Source of the DNA: Simkaniaceae bacterium
Lineage (GTDB): Bacteria > Chlamydiota > Chlamydiia > Chlamydiales > JAJFMI01
Length of the DNA stretch: 15,492 nt
NCBI GenBank assembly: GCA_040880145.1
Contig: JBBDIZ010000026.1
Span: forward strand, 1 to 15,492
Reading direction: 5' to 3'
How positions within the stretch are numbered: the stretch's first letter is position 1; every line of letters starts with the position of its first letter. Positions 8,560-15,492 of this stretch are shown in pieces. A model generated the notes under the pieces. It was not told the DNA's origin and made no database searches. It saw nothing but the letters and a program-made list of their open reading frames with translations. Position numbers and translations under genes: made by a program.

Positions 8560-9936
8560 TTAAGATTTCTCCTCTATCCCGTAAGGGTTGCTGTAAACAA
8601 ACTCACTAGAGGCTTCTCCTTCGTCATCAGGACCCTCCATGATTTTATGATTAAGAAGATAGATAAAGAGCGTAAAGAGGAAAGAGTAGATCACGATAAA
8701 CATCAAAATAGAGCCTAAGACCTGCCCTCCATTAATATTTGTAGACACCCCATCTACAGTTCTAAGCAATCGATAAACGATCCAGGGTTGACGCCCGACC
8801 TCTGCCGTAAACCAGCCCGCCTGATTCGCTATATAGGGGAAGAGAATCGAAATAGTCAATCCCCTTAAAGTCCATTTTGCATTCCATAAAGAGCCTCGTA
8901 TCCAATGGATGAGACCTAAACCTGTGAAAAAAAACATCAAGCCCCACATGGCAATCATTAAGTGATATCCTTGAAAAACCACAGGGACATTGGGCCAATC
9001 CTCTTTTGGAAACTGATCAAGACCTTTAACAGCTGTTTTAGGAGTTCGATAAATAAGAAAGCTAAGAAGACCCGGTATGGAAACTCCTGAAACTTTCTCT
9101 TGCTTGGAATTCACATGACCGAAGAGATAAAGAGGCGTATGCGTTTTTGTTTGGTAAACTCCTTCCATTGCCGCTAATTTTTCGGGTTGATTCTTAGCCA
9201 CGCCCCTCGCGGTCATATCGGCAGAAATCAGCTGCAAAATGACAAGTACGGAAGAGGCAATCAGTCCCAGTTTCATTCCTGTTTGGGCAAAGTCCAAATG
9301 ACGCTTTTTTAAAAGGTAATAGGCGCAAACACTTAAAACGATAAAAGCCCCGGTCAACCAGCAGCCCAGCATGACATGAACCAAGCGGTCCATTGCCGAG
9401 GGGTTTAAAATCATCTGCCACCAATTCGTAACAACAGCGCGAGCCTTTTCTCCCTCTCCAATAATCTGATAACCTGCAGGCGTTTGCATCCAAGAGTTTG
9501 CGATCGTTATCCAAACAGCGCTAAAGTGAGCGCCAAAAGTCACTAAAATGGTCGATAAGTAGTGGATAGAGGGTTTGACCCGATTCCATCCAAAAAGCAT
9601 AATCCCAATAAAACCCGCCTCCAAAAAGAAGGCAAAAATTCCTTCCGCTGCTAAAGCGCTTCCAAATACATCTCCAACAAATCGAGAGTAGCGCGCCCAA
9701 TTGTTGCCGAATGCAAAGACCATTACGATCCCGGTTGCAACCCCCATCGCAAAGACAAGAGCAAACATCTTGATCCAAAATTTGGCCATACGTTTATAAA
9801 GAGGATTTTTCGTCTTCATATACATCCCTTCAATGATCACAATCATCAAAGAGAGTCCAATACTTAGCGGGGGAAAAAGGTAATGAAATCCAATCGTCAG
9901 GGCAAACTGAATTCTCGAGAGTAAAACGACATCCAT
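8560..9936 (-). CDS. cydA: Cytochrome bd ubiquinol oxidase subunit I, short Q-loop type (458 aa)
   Basis: [16 protein letters not shown] (heme His), [47 protein letters not shown] at 9936 (MDVVLLSR) preferred over the upstream TTG at 9996. Confidence 0.97.
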   Translation of the reverse strand: MDVVLLSRIQFALTIGFHYLFPPLSIGLSLMIVIIEGMYMKTKNPLYKRMAKFWIKMFALVFAMGVATGIVMVFAFGNNWARYSRFVGDVFGSALAAEGIFAFFLEAGFIGIMLFGWNRVKPSIHYLSTILVTFGAHFSAVWITIANSWMQTPAGYQIIGEGEKARAVVTNWWQMILNPSAMDRLVHVMLGCWLTGAFIVLSVCAYYLLKKRHLDFAQTGMKLGLIASSVLVILQLISADMTARGVAKNQPEKLAAMEGVYQTKTHTPLYLFGHVNSKQEKVSGVSIPGLLSFLIYRTPKTAVKGLDQFPKEDWPNVPVVFQGYHLMIAMWGLMFFFTGLGLIHWIRGSLWNAKWTLRGLTISILFPYIANQAGWFTAEVGRQPWIVYRLLRTVDGVSTNINGGQVLGSILMFIVIYSFLFTLFIYLLNHKIMEGPDDEGEASSEFVYSNPYGIEEKS

Positions 9937-10016
9937 TATCAAACTCTGTGATATACTGATGACCACTAAAGTGAATGAATGAAGTTTTTTTTTCAATCTT
10001 TTTTCTCCCCTTTTTT

Positions 10017-10059
10017 CTGACGATTCGCGCTAGCCAAAATAGAATCCCTGATGTATGAT
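10017..10059 (+). promoter_or_regulatory. Two tandem candidate sigma70/sigma66 promoters for the dacA operon
   Basis: CTGACG(10017-22)-N17-TAGAAT(10040-45) and TAGCCA(10031-36)-N17-TATGAT(10054-59). Consensus match only. Confidence 0.4.
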
Positions 10060-10085
10060 GCAAAAGATAACTTATGTGATTTTTT

Positions 10086-10883
10086 ATGCATTTCTGGCAG
10101 CTCCTCACCCCTTTTGTAGAGTTATTAATCATCACAGTCATGATTAATTATCTCTTATCCTTTTTTTGGAATACAAGATCGATGGATCTTGTACTTGGGG
10201 TTCTTGCCTTTCTTTTCATTTTTGCCACATCCACTTGGCTCCATCTGCCTATTTTACATAAATTGATGCTGCTTGTTGGAAATGTCGCTGTGATTGCAAT
10301 TTTGATCATCTTTCAACCGGAACTTCGCGTTGCGCTGTCAAAATTGAGCTTAAAAGGGAAGCGCTATAGAGAGATCACTGAATTTGATAAATTTTTGGAC
10401 CAACTTGCGAACTCAATTTATAGACTTTCTGAAAAGAGGACAGGAGCGATCATTGTAATAGAGAATGAAGATACTCTTGACGAATATGCCCGAAAAGCGG
10501 TGTTGTTAAATGCCTTGTTTTCATCTGAGCTTCTTGAATCTATTTTTACTACGACAACGCCTCTTCATGATGGAGCCATTATCATTCGAGACCTCAATAT
10601 AGTCGCCGCAGCGGTCATTTTGCCTCTGGCAGAAGATACAACCCAAATTGCAAAATCCATGGGAACCAGACATCGAGCCGGCCTTGGGATTAGTCAGCTC
10701 ACAGATTCTCTAATCATCGTCATCTCTGAAGAGACAGGAAAAGTCTCAATTGCTCGGGATGGAATCATGACAAGAGGGGTCAAAATCGACCGCTTTAGAG
10801 GAATCATTCGAAGCATCTTCAATCCTCCTGAGAAAAAAGGTATAAAAAACCGTTTTAATATTAAAGAGTGGGTTCGTCGATGA
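10086..10883 (+). CDS. dacA: Membrane-bound diadenylate cyclase CdaA/DacA (265 aa)
   Basis: Three N-terminal hydrophobic segments, IIFQPELR, catalytic LHDGA and GTRHRA motifs, ISEETG. Confidence 0.96.
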   Translation: MHFWQLLTPFVELLIITVMINYLLSFFWNTRSMDLVLGVLAFLFIFATSTWLHLPILHKLMLLVGNVAVIAILIIFQPELRVALSKLSLKGKRYREITEFDKFLDQLANSIYRLSEKRTGAIIVIENEDTLDEYARKAVLLNALFSSELLESIFTTTTPLHDGAIIIRDLNIVAAAVILPLAEDTTQIAKSMGTRHRAGLGISQLTDSLIIVISEETGKVSIARDGIMTRGVKIDRFRGIIRSIFNPPEKKGIKNRFNIKEWVRR

Positions 10884-12127
10884 AAGAGATGCTGCACCGC
10901 TTTTTTATCGATAATTGGCCTAGAAAAGGAATCTCTCTTATTCTTGCTGTTATCGTTTGGTTTGTTGTCGGACAATCGTTGACAACGACTAAAGCTTTCA
11001 CGAATGTCCCTGTCCGCATCGTCAACCTTCCCCCTGATATGACTGTCGAAGGGCTTCTTTCAAATGGGCTTCTAAACCGTCGCTACACAGTCGTCTTAAG
11101 CGGAAATAAAGCAGAGCTTGAAGATTTGACATCGAATGACTTTGAAATTCAAATCGATGCGACAGGCCATGAAGAGCCTTGGCTTCAGGAGATAACCCGC
11201 GAAAATATCAAAGGGACCACTCATGAAATCAATATTTCCCATATCAGCAAGGCTTCTGTTAAAAATATTTATGTCAAACTCGCTAAACTTCATACAGAAA
11301 AGATTCCTGTCCTTATTACCCAACCCATTGGTGAATCCCCGCGAGGGTATCAATTCTTAGATATTTGGCCCTATCAACTCTATATCACGGTGAGCGGCCC
11401 CTCTGATGAGGTCAAGAAACTCAAGAGTCGAGGGATCAAATTGACCTTCAACCTAAGTGATATCTCACGCTCTGCGCTCGACAACATTAAAAGCGCCACT
11501 GAAAGCTCTCATCAAGATGTTGTGAGCTTCTATGTGCCTGAACATTGGAAAACGGTCGATCTAGCTCAAATTTCTGCAACACCTCAAAAAATTGATGACC
11601 CCGACGCAAAGTATTTACGTATCGATTTTGTTCGAAATGAGCTGATTTCTGTAAAATCTCCTGTTCAAATCGATCTGTTTATTCCCTTTTCTCAAAACGC
11701 TCCCAACCCCAACCGATTAGAAGTCACACCCACATCTTTAGTTGAATCTCGGGGCGGGTTTAAAATTATTAAAAAACCTCTTTATGCAAAAGGGGTAAGC
11801 GAACTCTTCATGGAAGTTGTGAAGGGCTTTCTAGAGATCCAAATCATCATGGGAAAAAAAGCTAATTTGGAATTCCATGACTGGAGCGTCCAATTTATTA
11901 ACCCACGGCTATTAGAAGATCGTTATGTTGTGATGCTGATGTCAGATAGTTCCGACAAAGAAATGAGCAATCTCCAGCCTAAGGTTCGAGAGGAATATTT
12001 ACGAAATCGCTTCCGGAACTACATGCAGCGTTTTAAACTATATCTTTCTGAAGATCAACCTTTGGAGCTTTCCATTTCGCTTGAAAGCAATAAGGTCAAC
12101 GTCGTCGAAGAGAATGGAAAAAAATAA
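10880..12127 (+). CDS. ybbR: YbbR/CdaR-like regulator of diadenylate cyclase (415 aa)
   Basis: N-terminal FIDNWPRKGISLILAVIVWFVV anchor typical of YbbR, NVPVRIVNLP, G..P.GY, VSGP; ATGA overlap with dacA. Confidence 0.88.
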   Translation: MKEMLHRFFIDNWPRKGISLILAVIVWFVVGQSLTTTKAFTNVPVRIVNLPPDMTVEGLLSNGLLNRRYTVVLSGNKAELEDLTSNDFEIQIDATGHEEPWLQEITRENIKGTTHEINISHISKASVKNIYVKLAKLHTEKIPVLITQPIGESPRGYQFLDIWPYQLYITVSGPSDEVKKLKSRGIKLTFNLSDISRSALDNIKSATESSHQDVVSFYVPEHWKTVDLAQISATPQKIDDPDAKYLRIDFVRNELISVKSPVQIDLFIPFSQNAPNPNRLEVTPTSLVESRGGFKIIKKPLYAKGVSELFMEVVKGFLEIQIIMGKKANLEFHDWSVQFINPRLLEDRYVVMLMSDSSDKEMSNLQPKVREEYLRNRFRNYMQRFKLYLSEDQPLELSISLESNKVNVVEENGKK

Positions 12128-13268
12128 TCCTGAGATCACATTAGTGAAATACCGCCTCTCCTGTGCCGGGGGACTTGAAAAACAAGCTTTCCGCATTGCA
12201 AAGGCCTTTAGTAGACGAAATATTCGTGTCAAAGTTTTAACAGCCCAGGGAAGCTTAAATCCCATTCACTACCCCCTGATCGAAGTAAAAAAACTTTCAC
12301 TCCCTAAAAAGATCTGCTCCTTTCAAAAGATAAAAGCCTTCGATAAAGCCTGCCAATTAAATCTAAAAACTTCGCCTTCATCCATTGTTTTTGGCCTAGA
12401 CCGAACCTCTCACCTCACACATATCCGAGCAGGACTTGGTGTGCATGCAGCCTATCTCAAAAGAAGAAAAAAACAAGACAACTTTTTAAAACGACAATTT
12501 TTTTCCCTAAATCCGCTTCATCGCACCCTTCTTTCTTTGGAGAAAAAAGCCTTTGAAAACCCCTCTTTAAAAGGCGTGTTTACCAACTCTTTTATGGTCA
12601 AAAATGAAATCTTGGAACACTACAAGATCTCTGATAAGAAAATTCATGTGATTCACAATGGAGTCGAGTGGCATGAACTTAAAAAACCCTTTTCTGAGTG
12701 GCTCAATTTAAAAAATGTCGTCGCTTCAAACCTCAATCTAGATCCCTTCCTTTTTCATTTTTTATTCGTTGGGAGCGGTTATAAACGAAAAGGAGTCGAC
12801 CTCCTTCTCAAAGCCTTTGCATGCTTAAAAAATGAAGAGGTCCATTTAAGCATTGTCGGTCAAGAGAAAGAGATTAAAAGTTATATGGAGCTTTCGCATC
12901 GCTTGAAGCTCGGCCATAAAGTCTCTTTTTTTGGGGCTCAAAAAGATGTGACCCCCTTTTACCAACTTGCAGACGCCTTAGTCATTCCATCGCTCTATGA
13001 TCCCAACGCGAATGTCACCATTGAAGCTTTAGCAATGGGACTAAAAGTCATCTCTTCGAAATTTAATGGAGGATCCGAGCTTATTAATAGAGAAAATGGC
13101 CTAGTAATCGAAAATCTTTTCGATAAAGACTCTCTGGTAAAAACCTTAAAAATGGCACTTGACTTCCCAAAAACCTGGATGAACTCACAGCGCATCCGAG
13201 AAAGTGTAAAACAATTTGATTTCCAAATTCAGCTCGACAAAATGGTAAATCTAACTCTAAATCCATGA
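12114..13268 (+). CDS. Glycosyltransferase family 4, WabG/WaaG-like LPS core type (384 aa)
   Basis: GGLEK, NSFMVKNEI, VIHNGV, LFVGSGYKRKG, YQLADALVIPSLYDPNANVTIEALAMG (D-x7-E variant of the GT4 motif). First ATG at 12114, overlapping the end of ybbR. Confidence 0.88.
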   Translation: MEKNNPEITLVKYRLSCAGGLEKQAFRIAKAFSRRNIRVKVLTAQGSLNPIHYPLIEVKKLSLPKKICSFQKIKAFDKACQLNLKTSPSSIVFGLDRTSHLTHIRAGLGVHAAYLKRRKKQDNFLKRQFFSLNPLHRTLLSLEKKAFENPSLKGVFTNSFMVKNEILEHYKISDKKIHVIHNGVEWHELKKPFSEWLNLKNVVASNLNLDPFLFHFLFVGSGYKRKGVDLLLKAFACLKNEEVHLSIVGQEKEIKSYMELSHRLKLGHKVSFFGAQKDVTPFYQLADALVIPSLYDPNANVTIEALAMGLKVISSKFNGGSELINRENGLVIENLFDKDSLVKTLKMALDFPKTWMNSQRIRESVKQFDFQIQLDKMVNLTLNP

Positions 13269-13372
13269 TTTATACCGAAACAACTTCAAAAATTGGGTTT
13301 TGTCAGGCGCCAAAGCACCGCAATTCGTCGATCATAAATGACCTCATATTATTAATATTAGGTCATTTATGA
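13265..13372 (+). CDS. Putative 35-aa leader peptide from the inferred ancestral lpxL start codon, reading through the MITE
   Basis: ATG 13265 overlaps the GT4 stop (ATGA). Frame is open: MIYTETTSKIGFCQAPKHRNSSIINDLILLILGHL*. Its TGA (13370-72) overlaps the lpxL ATG (13369-71). Translation is inferred. Confidence 0.5.
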   Translation: MIYTETTSKIGFCQAPKHRNSSIINDLILLILGHL

Positions 13373-13433
13373 TCGGCAAATTTCGAAAGCTTTCGCGCCT
13401 GACAAAACCGATTCTTGAAGTTGTTTCGGTATA
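13271..13433. mobile_element. ERIC-like palindromic miniature inverted-repeat element (163 bp including both flanking TA)
   Basis: Perfect 19-bp terminal IR TATACCGAAACAACTTCAA (13271-89 / 13415-33), 15-bp IR (13296-310 / 13395-409) and 16-bp IR (13329-44 / 13360-75). Symmetry stops sharply at the terminal TA. Termini TATACC-N6-ACTTCAA resemble ERIC/IRU termini as recalled. Confidence 0.88.
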
Positions 13434-14601
13434 CCTCCTCCTCCCCTTCGCCTACATTCCTCAAGGTTTAACCCACTTTTTCGGACGCCTACTCGGACGG
13501 CTCAGTTATCATGTGATCATAAAATGGCGAAAAAGAACGCTTTCAAATCTCTCCCTTGCAACAAAACTCAATTTAAATGAAAAAGAACTCATAAAAGTGG
13601 CTATAGCCTCATTTGAAAATTTAGGCATTCTTTTTTTTGAATATCCCAAGATGATCTTTCGAAAAAACTTTCTTCCCGTTCGCTGTGAAAACCCGGAATA
13701 TGCCGAACAGCTGATAAAAAAAAATAAAGGCGTCATCTTTTTTTGTGGTCATCAGGCCAATTGGGAGCTTCTATTTTTAGAGGGAACCTCAAGAATGCCC
13801 GGAGTAGCTATTGGACGGCCGATCAAGCAGAAGAGCCTCTATAATCGAATCATTAAAATGCGTGAAAAATATGGCGGTGTTGTCATTCCTCCCAAAAAGG
13901 CGATAAAAGAAGGACTTCGAGCACTGAAGAAAGGGAAATTCCTCGGAATCGTTGGAGATCAAGGCATGCCGGAGAGTGATTTTTCCGCTCCTTTTTTAGG
14001 AAGGCGCGCTTTTTCAACAACAGCCCCCGCCCTTTTAAGCATTAAGACAAAATCGCCATTAATTGTAGCAACCATCCGACGAGAGAATAAAAGCTATGTC
14101 ATCCATTACAGCGATCCTGTGTGTGAAACTCAAGACCCAAATAAGTTAATGGAAAAAGCGCTGCAAGAATTTGAGAAATCGATTCTCGCTCACCCTGATC
14201 AATGGCTATGGACTCATAACCGTTGGAAGCAGGAAACCCCAGTCAATGTTCTCTACCGCTATCGACATGACTCCATTTTAATTATTGTTGATAAACCCTT
14301 TGACGATCTAAAGGTTTTTCGAAAAATTTACCCTCGAGCCTTTATTACGCTGCTTAGCCGTGAACCCTTTGAGGAGTTCGACACGATTCTTTATAAAGAA
14401 GATAAAGAGTTATTTCTAAAAAGCTATAAATATAAACTTGTGATCAACCTCACATCTATCAACCTCAAACGCCATTTTCTTAAAAAAGCAGCTTTTGAAG
14501 TTTTATCATCTGATGATTTAATTAAACGTTCCGGCGGCTCCTTTTCATTTGAAGAAAGAGTCATTAGGGCATTATGCCGAAGAGGAAGTCTATGGTCATA
14601 A
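13369..14601 (+). CDS. lpxL: Lipid A late (lauroyl/myristoyl-type) acyltransferase HtrB/LpxL with C-terminal extension (410 aa; first 21 aa encoded by the MITE)
   Basis: Motifs GHQANWE (H-x4-E), GIVGDQG, PFLGR.A.STTAPA, HPDQWLWTHNRWK; dacA-ybbR-htrB order matches Chlamydia. Confidence 0.9.
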   Translation: MIGKFRKLSRLTKPILEVVSVYLLLPFAYIPQGLTHFFGRLLGRLSYHVIIKWRKRTLSNLSLATKLNLNEKELIKVAIASFENLGILFFEYPKMIFRKNFLPVRCENPEYAEQLIKKNKGVIFFCGHQANWELLFLEGTSRMPGVAIGRPIKQKSLYNRIIKMREKYGGVVIPPKKAIKEGLRALKKGKFLGIVGDQGMPESDFSAPFLGRRAFSTTAPALLSIKTKSPLIVATIRRENKSYVIHYSDPVCETQDPNKLMEKALQEFEKSILAHPDQWLWTHNRWKQETPVNVLYRYRHDSILIIVDKPFDDLKVFRKIYPRAFITLLSREPFEEFDTILYKEDKELFLKSYKYKLVINLTSINLKRHFLKKAAFEVLSSDDLIKRSGGSFSFEERVIRALCRRGSLWS

Positions 14602-15317
14602 ATCGTTATTTCTGCTCCACTTTGGGTGAAAATGAAATCATACTTAGCGAAGATGAGCATCATCACCTAACTAAAGTTTGCCGCCAAAAAAAAGGCGAAG
14701 AAGTTGAAGTCATCGATGGAAAAGGTCATCTTTTCAAAGCAAAGATCAAAGAGATTCAGCGCCATAAAACGCATCTTGAAATCTTCTCCTTTTCCCACAC
14801 ACCCCCCACAAGAAAATTTACTCTTGTTCAAGGGCTTTGCCGGCAAAATCGGCTCGATCTAATTTTAGAAAAAGGATGTGAAATCGGAGTCGATCAGTTC
14901 ATTATTATCCCGATGGACCGCTCTGAAACCCATACGCTTTCAGAGAACAGACTATCGAGAATGCACCGCATCCTTCAGTGCGCTCTTAAACAATCAGGCA
15001 GGCTTCACCTTCCATCTCTCTCCATACTTTCCACCCTTCATTCGATTCCAAACATAGAACAGGTCTATTTTGGAGACCTCTCAGCCGATGCACTTCCCTT
15101 TCATCCAAAGATCAAGGAGACGCCCCTCACATTTGTCGTCGGACCTGAGAGCGGCTTTTCAGATGAGGAAAGGCTATGGCTAAAAACAAAGGGCATAGGA
15201 GTGCGGTTAAATCCAAACATACTCAGAACTGAAACTGCCGCAATAGTCGCTGCAGCTCTTTATTTTGGTATACAAGATCAGGCTGCTCTTATAGAGGAAG
15301 GCGAGAGTTTGAAATAA
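14592..15317 (+). CDS. rsmE: 16S rRNA (uracil1498-N3)-methyltransferase (241 aa)
   Basis: HHLTKVCR...G..V.VIDG, ILEKGCEIGV, ALKQSGR, VGPESGFS.EE, LNPNILRTETAA. ATG 14592 has AGAGGA 5 nt upstream; ATG 14574 is the alternative. Confidence 0.95.
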   Translation: MVINRYFCSTLGENEIILSEDEHHHLTKVCRQKKGEEVEVIDGKGHLFKAKIKEIQRHKTHLEIFSFSHTPPTRKFTLVQGLCRQNRLDLILEKGCEIGVDQFIIIPMDRSETHTLSENRLSRMHRILQCALKQSGRLHLPSLSILSTLHSIPNIEQVYFGDLSADALPFHPKIKETPLTFVVGPESGFSDEERLWLKTKGIGVRLNPNILRTETAAIVAAALYFGIQDQAALIEEGESLK

Positions 15318-15338
15318 TTTTTTGGTTAATGTGACTTT

Positions 15339-15378
15339 GTCAACTACCCACGACTAAAGCCGAGGGCTTGTAACTAGC
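15339..15378 (-). mobile_element. Second IS200/IS605-family right end (remnant or MITE), ending in TGAC
   Basis: Minus strand reads GCTAGTTA-CAAG-CCCTCGGCTTTAGTCGTGGG-TAGT-TGAC: 20-nt imperfect hairpin (15366-15347) with CAAG at its foot and TGAC terminus. Translates YKPSALVVGS*, resembling TnpB tails as recalled. Confidence 0.7.
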
Positions 15379-15403
15379 GAGAAACCATATGCACGAAGCG
15401 AGA

Positions 15404-15492
15404 TTAGACATCTTGCATAACCCCAATTCCTTGCCCCTGCCCTTGCCCTTGCCCGATTCGTGTTTTTTTTGAGCCATTTTCACTAATGGACA
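15404..15492. repeat. Probable left part of an RPE-like palindromic repeat/MITE (truncated by window end)
   Basis: TTAGACATCTTGCATAACC (15404-22) closely resembles the recalled Rickettsia palindromic element terminus TTAGACCTCTTGCATAACC. Partner arm is not visible in the window. Confidence 0.45.
15431..15454. repeat. Tandem hexamer (YTGCCC)x4
   Basis: TTGCCC CTGCCC TTGCCC TTGCCC read directly. Confidence 0.9.

Noticed and set aside
9937..10085. Rex/FNR/CRP-like operator upstream of cydA (TGTGA half-sites)
   Set aside because: Neither TGTGA has a matching TCACA half-site at the proper spacing.
13265..13372. Programmed -1 frameshift joining the leader to lpxL
   Set aside because: The lpxL frame has a TGA at 13339-41 and no slippery heptamer is evident between it and 13369; reinitiation at ATGA is simpler.
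13329..13375. Intrinsic terminator, transcription-factor operator or CRISPR repeat
   Set aside because: No U-tract after the stem and no repeat-spacer periodicity; it is the core of the larger 163-bp palindrome.
1071..14666. Short alternative-frame or antisense ORFs in the ORF track (e.g. 1071-1268, 5481-5777, 9194-9514, 9830-10141, 13084-13266)
   Set aside because: All overlap well-supported genes and show no recognisable motifs; treated as shadow ORFs.
21..15378. Whole window as a composite transposon bounded by the two IS605-like hairpins
   Set aside because: Both are right ends of different families on opposite strands, pointing inward; HUH transposition needs a left and right end on the same strand. 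The cargo is core genes in conserved order.
15339..15420. IscB omega-RNA/HEARO 5' end on the + strand (GTCAACTACCC...GGGCTTG)
   Set aside because: The closing GTTGACCAG-like strand and downstream scaffold are absent. The minus-strand reading as a tnpB-type right end fits better (G.T wobble rather than A.C mismatch, CAAG/TGAC pairing). Not fully excluded.

Overview
Gene-dense, AT-rich housekeeping region, most likely from an environmental member of Chlamydiota (inferred from gene order tpiA-xseA-xseB-dxs and cydAB / dacA-ybbR-htrB, as in Chlamydia). Genes: secG and tpiA (-); xseA, xseB, dxs, nadK and an SLC12-like cation-chloride cotransporter (+); cydB and cydA (-); then dacA (c-di-AMP cyclase), ybbR, a GT4 glycosyltransferase, lpxL/htrB and rsmE (+). 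The interesting signals are non-coding. (1) A 163-bp ERIC-like palindromic MITE (13271-13433) appears to have inserted at a TA in codon 3 of lpxL. It breaks the original frame but supplies an internal ATGA stop/start, giving a 35-aa leader peptide coupled to LpxL with a new 21-aa element-derived N-terminus. (2) Two IS200/IS605-type right ends face inward from the window edges, and the left one supplies the secG stop codon. (3) An RPE-like repeat terminus with a G-quadruplex-type hexamer repeat lies at the right edge.
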